Source of the DNA: Malacoraja senta
Lineage: Eukaryota
Assembly (NCBI GenBank): GCA_038087875.1
Contig: JAXLNO010000051.1
Span: 248,001-312,000, forward strand
Direction of reading: 5' to 3'
DNA: 64,000 nucleotides
Below the pieces are notes generated by a model, which had not been told where the DNA came from, did no database searches, and saw nothing but the letters and a program-made list of their open reading frames with translations. Below, piece after piece: positions 26,756 to 39,415 of the stretch. Both the position numbers and the translations under genes were made by a program. Within the stretch, counting starts at the first letter, position 1. Each line of letters opens with the position of its first letter.

Positions 26756-27423
26756 ATGGCTTCTGCTCTCAGGAAGACAGGGATCTTGGTGTTCGATGCA
26801 GATCTTGCCGAGCGATGGCGTGTGTTTGAAGAGGATTTTTCAATCTACGTTGAGGCTGCATTTCCTGCTGCTGATCCTGCTCTTTTTGCATTAATTCTTC
26901 TCAATTTGACAGGCACTGAGGCTGCTCGGCGCGCCAGAATGTTTCATCATGCACTGGCTAGAGTTGATGCTAACGGTGATCAAATTGCCGCGGAGTCTAG
27001 CCGTGATCCTGAATGTCTCCTACGTAAATTCTGACAATTATGTGAGTTACAAATTAATGTAAGCATGGAACGCCATAATTTTTTTAAATGTGTCAAAAAC
27101 AAGGAGAACCTGTTCAACCACATGTTAATGCACTGAAGCATGTCGCTAGTCGATGCGATTTCAGAGAGATTCAATATAGTCTTGTACGGGACCGCTTAAT
27201 CCATGGCATATTGAATGATGAATTACGCGATGAATTACTGCAGGAAGGTGACCTGACTTTAGCGGCTGTTGAAAACCGCTGTCGCAAAGCTGAACTGACT
27301 ATGCTCACGTTCACATATTGCAGTTCGCGACCGGTGCCCTGCGTATGGAAAACTGTCGATTCTGCAATAAAAGAAACAATTTCGTCAAATGCTGTCGTTC
27401 ACGCAGTGACAGATTTCAAATGA
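26756..27423 (+). pseudogene. Gypsy gag, disrupted
   Basis: MASALRKTGILVFDADLAERWRVFEEDF.., QKQGEPV.., LVRDRLIHGILNDELRDELL; stop and frameshift split it into ORFs 26729..27034 and 27088..27423. Confidence 0.8.
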
Positions 27424-29361
27424 GAGTCTGTCAACTCGCCGAACCATAATGAATATTCAAGCTCCCAGTTCGCTCACCTAGTTCCCATGGATGTACAAAC
27501 AGATGGCGATAGTGCAGAGATTGATGTAAATGCGTTGTCTAATTCAGTGCACAGCCGGCTAGATCCCAAAGTTGCATTGCTTATTAAAGGCAAAACCCTT
27601 TATCTCAAGATCGACGTGGCGCGCTGCAATGTAATCTCTTTGGCTGTCTTCCAGATGCTGAAAACACAGAAACTTTAACTCATACAACTGCATCACTTGT
27701 CTCATTTGATGGTTCTCGACTACACCCTATCGGCCAAGTAGAGTTACGTTGCTGTCACAACTCACATGACCACATCCTGGATTTCTACGTGGTACGCGAG
27801 AAGGTTCCATCCATACTGGGTGCCGATGCATGCCTAGACAAGAGTTTGTTTTCTTTCAGCCCTTCTGTCTGTCCACTGTCTACAGACTATGATTTTACAC
27901 ATCAAATTCTATCACAATACAAGGATTTGTTTAATGATAAGCTGGGCAAGTTGCCTGTTAGATACACGATTACTATTGACCCTGAGGCAATCCCATTTGT
28001 TCGTCCGGCTCACAAGATTCCCCACGCTATGCGGGATCGCGTTCAAAGTGAACTTAACAGAATGGTGACTCTGGGTGTGATTACTCCCGTAACTGACCCC
28101 TCGAACTGGGACTCCACAATGGTTGTCGCTTCTAAGAATAACAGAAATGAGATACGGATCTGTATCAACCCCAAGGACCTAAATACAGTAATTAAACGGT
28201 GCGTTATCCTATGTGCTCTGTGGACGAGATTGCGGCGCAGATGGCTGAAGCAACTGTATTCATAGTGCAAGATGCCAAGATCTCAATCTGGCAGATTCCA
28301 CTGGAACATAACTCCTCCAAGTTGACAAATTTCAGTACTCCGTTCGGACGTCATAAATTTCTGATGATGCCTTTTGGTATAAGTTCTGCCAGTGAAGTAT
28401 TTCAACAATCCATGGAACAATTGTTTGTAGGATACCCATGCTCCATCGTAGTGGACGATATCTCATTGCTGGGGAAAACGGTCAAGGAGCACGATGCCAA
28501 TCTGACAAAAGTATTGAGGCGTGCAGAGGCCATCCATCTCAAGCTATATCCTAAAAAATGCAATTTCAGAGTGAATAAGGTAAAATACTTAGGCCATATA
28601 TTTACCAAAGACGGCCTAAAAACGGATCCAGCGAAAACCAGTGCTATTAATGAGCTTCCATCACCCACAGATGTGCTCAGTTTCCAGAGGTCCCTTGGCA
28701 TGGCTAACTATTTGAGAAAATTCATTCCAGATTTCAGCGAAATATCAGCCCCATTGCGCCATCTCACACACAAAAACGCTGCTTAAACCTGGCATAAGCA
28801 ACAACAGACAGCATTTGACACTCTTAAACGGCAGATGTCGGCCACCCCTACTCTAGCGGACTTTGATCCTAGACTGCCTATTAATGCAATGTGCCATGTG
28901 CCGCCTCACAACAAGGGCTGTGCGCTGCATGCCTTCAGAATGATGGCCATGGCAATAAACCTGTCCCCTATGCCTCGCGTACCATGTCTGACACAGAACA
29001 ACGATACAACCAAATCGAAAAAGAGCTGTTTGCGGTTGTGTTCGCCTGCAAAATGTTCAACGATTTCATCGTTGGTCGCACTATTACAATTAAAACCAAC
29101 CACCAACCTCTTATCAGCATTTTCAATAAACCTATTCATAACTCTCCAGCGCGCCCACAACGGATGTTACTACAACTTCAAAAATATGACATCGTACTGA
29201 CCTACAAACGTGGAATGGATATGCACCTGGCGGACACTTTTTCACATGCATCTCGGACGACCTGCGAGGATCTGCCCTCGCAAGATGATAACTTTAACGT
29301 GATGACTGTATCCTTCATCCCTTCATCTTGGATGGAGGACCTGGTTGCCCAGACTGCCAGC

Positions 29362-29735
29362 GACAAGACCCTACGGTCGCTAACTTCTGTCATTAAGCAC
29401 GACTGGCCAGATGATACCCAGACGTGGCGCCGAAAAGACAAGACCCTTACGGTCGCTAACTTCTGTCATTAAGCACGGCTGGCCAGATGATACCAGACGT
29501 GGCGCCGACTGACAAGACCCTACGGTCGCTAACTTCTGTCATTAAGCACGGCTGGCCAGATGATACCAGACGTGGCGCCGACAGACAAGACCCTACGGTC
29601 GCTAACCTGTCATTAAGCACGGCTGGCCAGATGATACCCAGACGTGGCGCCGACAGACAAGACCCTACTGTCGCTAACTGCTGTCATTAAGCATGGCTGG
29701 CCAGATGATACTCAGACGTGGCGCCGACAGACAAG
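29362..29735 (+). repeat. ~75-bp minisatellite, ~5 copies
   Basis: GACAAGACCCTACGGTCGCTAACTTCTGTCATTAAGCACGGCTGGCCAGATGATACCCAGACGTGGCGCCGACA; starts near 29362, 29437, 29511, 29584, 29656. Confidence 0.93.
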
Positions 29736-30520
29736 AAGCCGAAGCAAAGAAGTCGAAGCCAAACGTCAACAAACCGAAAGAACCCGAAGACGAAACGCCT
29801 ACTAACCGAAAGGACGGGACGCCTAAATGCAAACTAACCGAAAGGGCGGGACGCCTAAAAGCCAACGAACCGAAAAGCTGCGTCGCGTAAAAGCAAAACT
29901 TACCGAATGGCCGCTCTGACAAAACGGCCACCTACCCGAAAGGCGGCGTCGCCAACAAGCCTAAGGACCGACCTTGCCGCTCAACAGAAATGTCCAATAA
30001 CGGACATGACGTTGCCGGGTGCGGGACTTGTCAGCGATTTGTCCAGACCCCCCGCGTCCATCACATCACTGTGAAGGCATGAACATTGTCCCAAACCTCC
30101 GCTCCACCCGACCTGCAGCCCACGGAGGGTGGCCGTGGGAGAGTGGCGGCTGTTCCGAGGAATGCACACATTCGGGCCGCTTTCAACTTGGTGCTTGGTT
30201 CAGATTGCCCAGTCACCTATGGCTTGTGTGGGAAAATGAACCCCGCGCTCCCGTCTCCCCTTCTCTCTCCACCTCTTCTCTCTCTCCCTTCTCTCTCTCC
30301 CCTTCTCCCTCTCGCTTCTCTCCCCTCCTCTCTCTAACCCTGTTCTCTCTCCTCTCTCTCCTCTTCTCTCTTATTCTTCTCTCTCTCTTCTCGTCTCCTC
30401 CCGCGGGAGCGTCCCACTCTCACTGACCGCGAGGCACCGCCATCGGACCCCAAACCCCACACCAGGGTGATTCACCCCAACCTCGGGGACAGACGTTTAT
30501 TTATTACCGTCTCGATGTTT
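29736..30520. mobile_element. Unclassified non-coding insert in Gypsy pol with periodic CCGAA motifs and a CT tract (second copy ~32106-32909)
   Basis: Interrupts pol between VIKHGWPD and VPVSLQ..GHP; GC-rich, recurring CCGAA/ACGCC motifs at 29736-29990. Confidence 0.5.
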
Positions 30521-30609
30521 GCAGCATCTCTGGAGAGAAGGAATGAGTGGCATTTCGTGCCGAGACCATTCTTCAGAGTGCGTCTGAAAGGTTTCGACCC
30601 GAAACGCCA
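30521..30609. mobile_element. Penelope-like element terminal-repeat remnant, inverted pair with degenerate hammerhead cores (second copy 32910-32998)
   Basis: Minus strand CTGAAGAATGGTCTCGGCACGAAATGCCACTCATTCCTTCTCTCCAGAGATGCTGC; plus strand CTGAAAGGTTTCGACCCGAAACGCCA. Confidence 0.65.
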
Positions 30610-31729
30610 TGTTCCTGTTTCCCTGCAACACCGTTATTTTGACGCTGCCCGTGTAGGACACCCAGTGATGAAGCCACTGTTTCACGGGCGAAAAGCATGT
30701 TTTACTGCCCTGGCATGGCCGAATACATCAACGATAATGTGGCAGCTAATGCTGTGTGCAATAGCCTGGCGCCTCATCACCAAAAGCAACCATTTCTGCC
30801 ACATCCTGTCTCTGCGCTCCCATTGGTCGACAGTGGCAGCTGATTTATTTGAATGGCACGGCAAGCAGTACCTGGTGCTCGTGGATTCGTATTCAGGATG
30901 GTTCGACATTGATTTTCTCAGCAGCCCCACTACCAGTGGTGTGATTTCGAAATTATCTCGTCATTTTTCCATCCACAGATCTCCAGGCAAGTTGCTGACT
31001 GAAAATGGCAGTCAGTTTACCAGCCAACAATTCAGAGAGTTTGCCAGACGCTGGAATTTTCACCACATCACCAGAACTATTTGAGAAAATTCATTCCAGA
31101 TTTCAGCGAAATATCAGCCCCATTGCGCCATCTCACACACAAAAACTCTGCTTAAACCTGGCATAAGCAACAACAGACAGCATTTGACACTCTTAAACGG
31201 CAGATGTCGGCCACCCCTACTCTAGCGGACTTTGATCCTAGACTGCCTATTAATGCCATGTGCCATGTGCCGCCTCACAACAAGGGCTGTGCGCTGCATG
31301 CCTTCAGAATGATGGCCATGGCAATAAACCTGTCCCCTATGCCTCGCGTACCATGTCTAACACAGAACAACGATACACCAAATCGAAAAAGAGCTGTTTG
31401 CGGTTGTGTTCGCCTGCAAAATGTTCAACGATTTCATCGTTGGTCGCACTATTACAATTAAAACCGACCACCAACCTCTTATCAGCATTTTCAATAAACC
31501 TATTCATAACTCTCCAGCGCGCCCACAACGGATGTTACTACAACTTCAAAAATATGACATCGTACTGACCTACAAACGTGGAATGGATATGCACCTGGCG
31601 GACACTTTTTCACATGCATCTCGGACGACCTGCGAGGATCTGCCCTCGCAAGATGATAACTTTAACGTGATTACTGTATCCTTCATCCCTTCATCTTGGA
31701 TGGAGGACCTGGTTGCCCAGACTGCCAGC

Positions 31730-32105
31730 GACAAGACCCTACGGTCGCTAACTTCTGTCATTAAGCATGGCTGGCCAGATGATACCCAGACGTGGCGCCG
31801 AAAGACAAGACCCTTACGGTCGCTAACTTCTGTCATTAAGCACGGCTGGCCAGATGATACCCAGACGTGGCGCCGACTGACAAGACCCTACGGTCGCTGA
31901 CTTCTGTCATTAAGCACGGCTGGCCAGATGATACCAGACGTGGCGCCGACAGACAAGACCCTACGGTCGCTAACTTCTGTCATTAAGCACGGCTGGCCAG
32001 ATGATACCCAGACGTGGCGCCGACAGACAAGACCCTACTGTCGCTAACTTCTGTCATTAAGCATGGCTGGCCAGATGATACTCAGACGTGGCGCCGACAG
32101 ACAAG
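31730..32105 (+). repeat. ~75-bp minisatellite, second block (inside the 2.4-kb duplication)
   Basis: Same unit as 29362-29735, ~5 copies. Confidence 0.93.
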
Positions 32106-34301
32106 AAGCCGAAGCAAAGAAGTCGAAGCCAAAGAACCCGAATGGAAACGAGGCCGAAACGTCAACAAACGAAAGAAACCCGAAGACGAAACGCCTACTA
32201 ACCGAAAGGACGGGACGCCTAAATGCAAACTAACCGATAGGGCGGACGCCTAAAAGCCAACGAACCGAAAAGCTGCGTCGCCTAAAAGCAAACTTACCGA
32301 ATGGCCGCTCTGACAAAACGCCACCTACCCGAAAGGCGGCGTCGCCAACAAGCCTAAGGACCGACTGCCGCTCAACAGAAATGTCCAATAACGGACATGA
32401 CGTTGCCGGGTGCGGGACTTGTCAGCGATTTGTCCAGACCCCCGCGTCCATCACATCACTGTGAAGGCATGAACATTGTCCCAAACCTCGCTCCACCCGA
32501 CCTGCAGCCCACGGAGGGTGGCCGAGGGAGAGTGGCGGCTGTTCCGAGGAATGCACACATTCGGCCGCTATCAACTTGGTGCTTGGTTCAGATTGCCCAG
32601 TCACCTATGGCTTGTGTGGGAAAATGAACCCCGCGCTCCCGTCTCCCCTTCTCTCTCCACCTCTTCTCTCTCTCCCTTCTCTCTCTCCCCTTCTCTCTCT
32701 CCTTCTCTCCCCTCCTCTCTCTAACCCTGTTCTCTCTCCTCTCTCTCTCCTCTTCTCTCTCTATTCTTCTCTCTCTCTTCTGTCTCCTCCCGCGGGAGCG
32801 TCCCACTGTCACTGACCGCGAGGCACCGCCATCGGACCCCAAACCCCACACCAGGGTGATTCACCCCAACCTCGGGGACAGACGTTTATTTATTACCGTC
32901 TCGATGTTTGCAGCATCTCTGGAGAGAAGGAATGAGTGGCATTTCGTGCCGAGACCATTCTTCAGAGTGCGTCTGAAAGGTTTCGACCCGAAACGCCATG
33001 TTCCTGTTTCCCTGCAACACCGTTATTTTGACGCTGCCCGTGTAGGACACCCAGTGATGAAGCCACTGTTTCACGGGCGAAAAGCATGTTTTACTGCCCT
33101 GGCATGGCCGAATACATCAACGATAATGTGGCAGCTTATGCTGTGTGCAATAGCCTGGCGCCTCATCACCAAAAGCAACCATTTCTGCCACATCCTGTCT
33201 CTGCGCTCCCATGGTCGACAGTGGCAGCTGATTTATTTGAATGGCACGGCAAGCAGTACCTGGTGCTCGTGGATTCGTATTCAGGATGGTTCGACATTGA
33301 TTTTCTCAGCAGCCCACTACAGTGGTGTGATTTCGAAATTAGCTCGTCATTTTTCCATCCACAGATCTCCAGGCAAGTTGCTGACTGAAAATGGCAGTCA
33401 GTTTACCAGCCAACAATTCAGAGAGTTTGCCAGACGCTGGAATTTTCACCACATTACCAGAAGCCCTGAATATCCACAGTCTAACGGGCTGGCTGAACGG
33501 GCTGTCAGAAGTGCAAATCAACTTATGGAACGCTCTCATATTCGATCTGACGTCTTCCTGGATTTACTCAACTTACGCAACATTTCCCGTGATCCTGCCC
33601 TGGGTTCATCTACTCAACGATTATTGTAGAGGCAGACCCCGTACCACGCTGCCGTAGCGGAGCACACATTAACCCCACACGTGTTTCCGCCAAAGGAGGT
33701 TCAATCCAGGTTGCAGCAAAGCGTGACATTCAAAAGAAATGGTTCGACAAGACGAGTAAGCTACTGCCACCATTGACAAAAGTACAGGTGGTCCTTTTAC
33801 AAGACTGACAAGGGCCATGACCGTATGAGGGTGGTTTCTTGTCCCGCTTCGGAGCCACGCTGGTACATTGTTGGAGCCGATGGCGGCACCTACCGACGCA
33901 ACAGACAGCATCTTCTGCCTGTGAACGAGTCAATCCCTCCTCCTTATTATCCGGATCGTACAAGTTCATTTAAATCTGCAACTAGTGACCCCCGCATGCT
34001 CTTGCCAGCACAACAATCCATGCCTGCGACAGTTCCTCTGTCTGTTCCATCTTCGCGTGCGCCACATTATCCTGCTTCGACTCCAGGGACGTTTGTCCAA
34101 TCGCCCACGGCGGTGACATCGCCTGCTCATTCCCCAGAGAAAAAGAAAGGAGATGCTTCTATCGTACACGTCCTGGTCGTGTTTGCAGGCCGGTCGTGAT
34201 GTATCCGAACTATGTTTCACTTTCCACCAGTCTGTCATCTGTTGTGATATTTGCTTTGCTAGTTATGGATATACATCGTTATTGATTCTTTAAGAGGGGG
34301 A

Positions 34302-34486
34302 TGTAGATTCGTGGCTCATGCTATGTCTTGCATTTGTAGTTACGCCCACTAGCTTGTTAGCGTCACGGTCTGCTGCATTCCGTTAGTCTTAAATTGAACT
34401 CCTAAGTGAGAAGTTGTAGTGCATGTAATCAATAAACTCTATATAACCTGACATGGTGTAAGGCCATTGTTATTATAAGGACTACA
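34302..34486 (+). repeat. Gypsy 3' LTR preceded by polypurine tract
   Basis: AAGAGGGGGA at 34292-34301, then TGTAGATT...ACTACA; internal AATAAA. Confidence 0.85.
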
Positions 34487-37380
34487 AATCAACAATCTCG
34501 AACACGATCTCTCTCTCGAACTCGAACTCGAACTCGAACTCGACCTCGCACTCGTTCTCGTAGTCATTCATTCATTCAACTCGAACTCGAACTCTATCGC
34601 GAACTCGATCTCGAACTCGAACTCTATCTCGAACTCGAACTTGAACTCGAACTCTATCTCGAACTCGAACTCTATCACAAACTCTATCTTGAACGAACGT
34701 ACTCGAATTAGAACACGACTCGAACTCGAACTCCAGCTCGAACTCGAGTTCGAGTTGGACTTGCGGGCGGAGCACCAAGTCAAATTCCTTGTATGTGAAT
34801 ATTTGACCAATAAACGTATTCATTCATTTATTCATTCATTCAGCTCGAGCTCGAACTCGAATTCGAACTCTAACTCTATCTCTATCTCGAACTCGAACTC
34901 TATCTCGAACTCGAAATCTATCTCGAACTCGAAATCTATCTCGAATCTATCTCGAACTCTCTCTCCAACTCGAACTCGGATCTGGAACTTGATCTCGAAC
35001 TATATATCGAACTCAGGCGAACACGAACACTATCTCGAACACCATCAAGAGCTCGAACTCTATTTCGAACTCGAGTTGGAGTTCGACTTGCTGGCGGACT
35101 TCCTTGTATGTGAATACGGCCAATAAATTCATTCATTCATTCATTCACTCGAACTCGAGTTCGAACTCGAACGAACTCGAACTCGGACTCTATCTCGAAC
35201 TCGAATTCTATCTCGAACTCGATCTCGATAACGAAATCGAATTAGAACTCGAACTGTATCGCGAACTCGAACTCTATCTCGAACTCTCTCGAACTCGAAC
35301 TCGAACTCGAACTCGAACTCGACCTGGAACTCGAACTCGATCTCGAACTCGATCTCGAACTCGAAGTCGAAAAATATCTCACTCTAACTCTATCTCGAAC
35401 TCGAACTCTATCTCGAACACGAACTCCAATTCCAACTCGAACTTGAACTCGAACTCGAACTCAAAACTCGTACTCTATCTCGAACTCGAGTTGGAGTTCG
35501 ACTTGCTGGCGGACCACCAAGGCAAATTCCTTGTATGTGAATACTTGGCCATAAAATTAATTAATTAATTAATTCATTCATTCATTCATTCAACTCGAAC
35601 TCGAGCTCGAACTGGAACTTCAATTCGAACTCGAACTATCTCGAACTCGAATTCTATCTCAAACTCGAATTCGAACTCGTACTCTATCTCGAACTCGAAC
35701 TCCCTCTCGAAATCGAACTCTATCTCGAAATCGAGCTCTCTCTCGAACTTTCTCTCGAAATCGAACTCGATCTCGAACTTGAACTCGAACTCGAACTCGC
35801 ATTCTATCTCGAACTCGAACACTCTCTCGAACTTTCTCTCGAACTCGCACTCGAATTCGAACGAACTCTCTCTCTCTCTCGAACTCGATCTCGAACGCGA
35901 TCTCGAACTCGTACTCGAACTCGAACTCGAACAATATCTCGAGCTCGAACTCTATCTCGAACTCAAACTATCTCGAACTCGAACTATCTCTAACTCCAAC
36001 TCCAATTCCAACTCGAACTTGACCTTGAAATCTATCTCGAACCCTTTCAGGAACTCTATCTCGACCTCGAACACTATCTCGAACTCTAACTATTTCGAAC
36101 TCGATGTCGAAATCTCTCCCGAACTCGAACTCCAACTCTATCTCGAATTCGAATTCGAATTCGAACTCTAGCTCGAACTCTCTCTCTCTCGAACTCGAAC
36201 TCTCTCGAATTCCAACCAACTCGAACTCGAAATTGAACTCGAATTCTCTCACGAACTCTATCTCAAACTCGAGCTCTATCTCGAACTCGAACTGTATCTC
36301 GAACTCGAACTCTATCTCTAACTCGAACTCTCTCGGTCGAACTCTATTTCGAACTCGATCTCTAACTCGAACTCTATCTTGAAGTCGAACTCTATATCTC
36401 GAACTAGAAATCTATCTCGAACTAAAACTCGAACTATCTCTCGAACTCTCTATCGAACTCTCTCTCGAACTAAAACTCGAACTCGAACTCGTATATCTCG
36501 AACTATCTCGAACTCGAACTCTATCTCGAACTATCGAACTATCTCGAACGCGAACTCGATCTCAAACTCGAACTCGAACTATCTTGAACTCGACTCGAAC
36601 TATCTTGAACTCGAACTATCTCTAGCTAAAACTCGAATTCGAACTAAATATCTCGGCCTCGAACTCTATCTCGAACTCGAATCCATCTCGAACTCGAACT
36701 CGAATTTGATCTCGAACTCGAGTTGGAGTTCGAATTACGGGCGGAGCACCGTCAAATTCCTTGTATGTGAATACTTGGCCAAGAAACTTATTCATTCATT
36801 CATTCATTCATTCATTCATTCATTCATTCATTCATTTAACTTGTGCTCGAGCTCGAACTTGAACTCGAACTCGAACTATCTCGAACTCTCGAACTCGATA
36901 TCGAACTATTTCGAACTATCTCTAACGCGAACTCGAACTCTCTCTCGAACTCGATCTCGAACTCGATCTCGAACTCGATCTCGACCGTACTCGAATTCGA
37001 ACGGACACGAAATCTCTCTCGAACTCGATATCGAACTCGATCTCGAATCGATCTCGAACGTACTCGTACTCGAACTCGAACTATATCTCGAGCTCGAACT
37101 CTATCTCGAACTCAACCTATCTCGAACTCGAACTATCTCGAACTCCAACACCAATTCCAACTCGAACTTGAACTCAAAATCTATCTCGAACTCTTTCAGG
37201 AACTCTATCTCGACCTCGAACACTATCTCGAACTCTAACTCGCTCGAACTCGATGTCGAAATCTCTCCCGAACTCGAACTCCAACTCAATCTCGAAGTCG
37301 AATTCGAATTCGAACTCTATCTCGAACTCGAATTCGAATTCGAACTCTAACTCTAACTCGAATTCGAACTCGTACTCTAT

Positions 37381-37664
<284 letters not shown>

Positions 37665-38871
37665 CAACGCAACTCGAAATTGAACTCGAACTATCACGAA
37701 CTCGATCTCGAACTCGAACTATCACGAACTCTCAATCGAACGCGAACTCGATCTCGGACTCGAACTGGATTTCGAACTCGAATTCGAACTCGAGCTATCT
37801 CGAAGTCGAACTCGAACTCGATCTCGATCTACAACTCGATCTCGAACTCGTACTCGAACTCGAACTCGAACTATATCTTGGCCCCGAAATATATCTCGAA
37901 CTCGAACTCTATCTCTAACTCGAACTCGAATTTGATCTCGAACTCGAGTTGAGTTCGAATTACGGGCGGAGCACCGTCAAATTCCTTGTATGTGAATACT
38001 TGGCCAATAAACTTATTCATTCATTCATTCATTCATTTAACTCGTACTCGAGCTTGAACTTGAACTCGAACTCGAATTCTATCTCGAAATCTATCTCGAG
38101 CTATCTCTAACGCGAACTCGATCTCGAACTCGAATTATATCTTGAACTCGAACTCTATCTCGAACTCGAAATCAATCTTGAACTCGAACTCAAATTCGAT
38201 CTCGAACTCGAGTTGGAGTTCGAGTTACGGGCGGAGCACCGTCAAAATTCCTTGTATGTGAATACTTGGCCAATAAACTTATTCATTCATTCATTCATTC
38301 ATTCATTCATTCATTCATTTAAATTGTGCTCGAGCTCGAACTTGAACTCGAACTCGAACTATCTCGAACTATCTCTCGAACTCGATATCGAACTATCTCG
38401 AACTATCTCTAACGCGAACTCGAACTCTCTCTCGAACTCGATCTCGAACTCGATCTCGAACTCGATCTCGAACTCGATCTCGAACGTACTCGAATTCGAA
38501 CGAACACGAACTCTCTCTCGAACTCGATATCGAACTCGATCTCGAACTCGATCTCGAACGTACTCGGAACTCGAACTCGATCTATATGTCGAGCTCGAAC
38601 TCTATCTCGAACGACCTATCTCGAACTCGAACTATCTCGAACTCCAACACCAATTCCAACTCGAACTTGAACTCGAACTCTATCTCGAACTCTTTCAGGA
38701 ACACTATCTCGACCTCGAACACTATCTCGAACTCTAACTCGCTCGAACTCGATGTCGAAATCTCTCCCGAACTCGAACTCGAACTCTTTCTCGAAGTCGA
38801 ATTCGAATTCGAAACTCTATCTCGAACTCGAATTCGAATTCGTACTCTATCCCGAACTCGAATTCGAACTC

Positions 38872-39415
<544 letters not shown>

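Larger units (their letters stand above)
28706..33462 (+). repeat. Direct tandem duplication of ~2.37-2.39 kb inside the Gypsy element (28706-31074 and 31075-33462)
   Basis: AACTATTTGAGAAAATTCATTCCAG starts at both 28706 and 31075; both copies end at CACCACATYACCAG. Confidence 0.95.
27487..33960 (+). pseudogene. Gypsy pol (PR-RT-RNaseH-IN), multiply frameshifted, partly duplicated
   Basis: ORF fragments 27487.., 27789.., 28199..28786, 28891..29472, 33086..33388, 32856..33629; protease site degraded to LKIDVARCNVIS. Confidence 0.88.
26484..34486 (+). mobile_element. Decayed Ty3/Gypsy LTR retrotransposon (Mag-like) with internal duplication and nested inserts
   Basis: LTR-PBS-gag-PR-RT-RNaseH-IN-PPT-LTR order; RT motifs RICINPKDLN, FSTPFGRHKFLMMPFGISSASEVFQ, VVDDI; RNaseH YNQIEKELFAVVFAC; IN motifs PWSTVAADLFEWHGKQYLVLVDSYSGWF, ENGSQFTS, SPEYPQSNGLAERAV. 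Confidence 0.93.
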
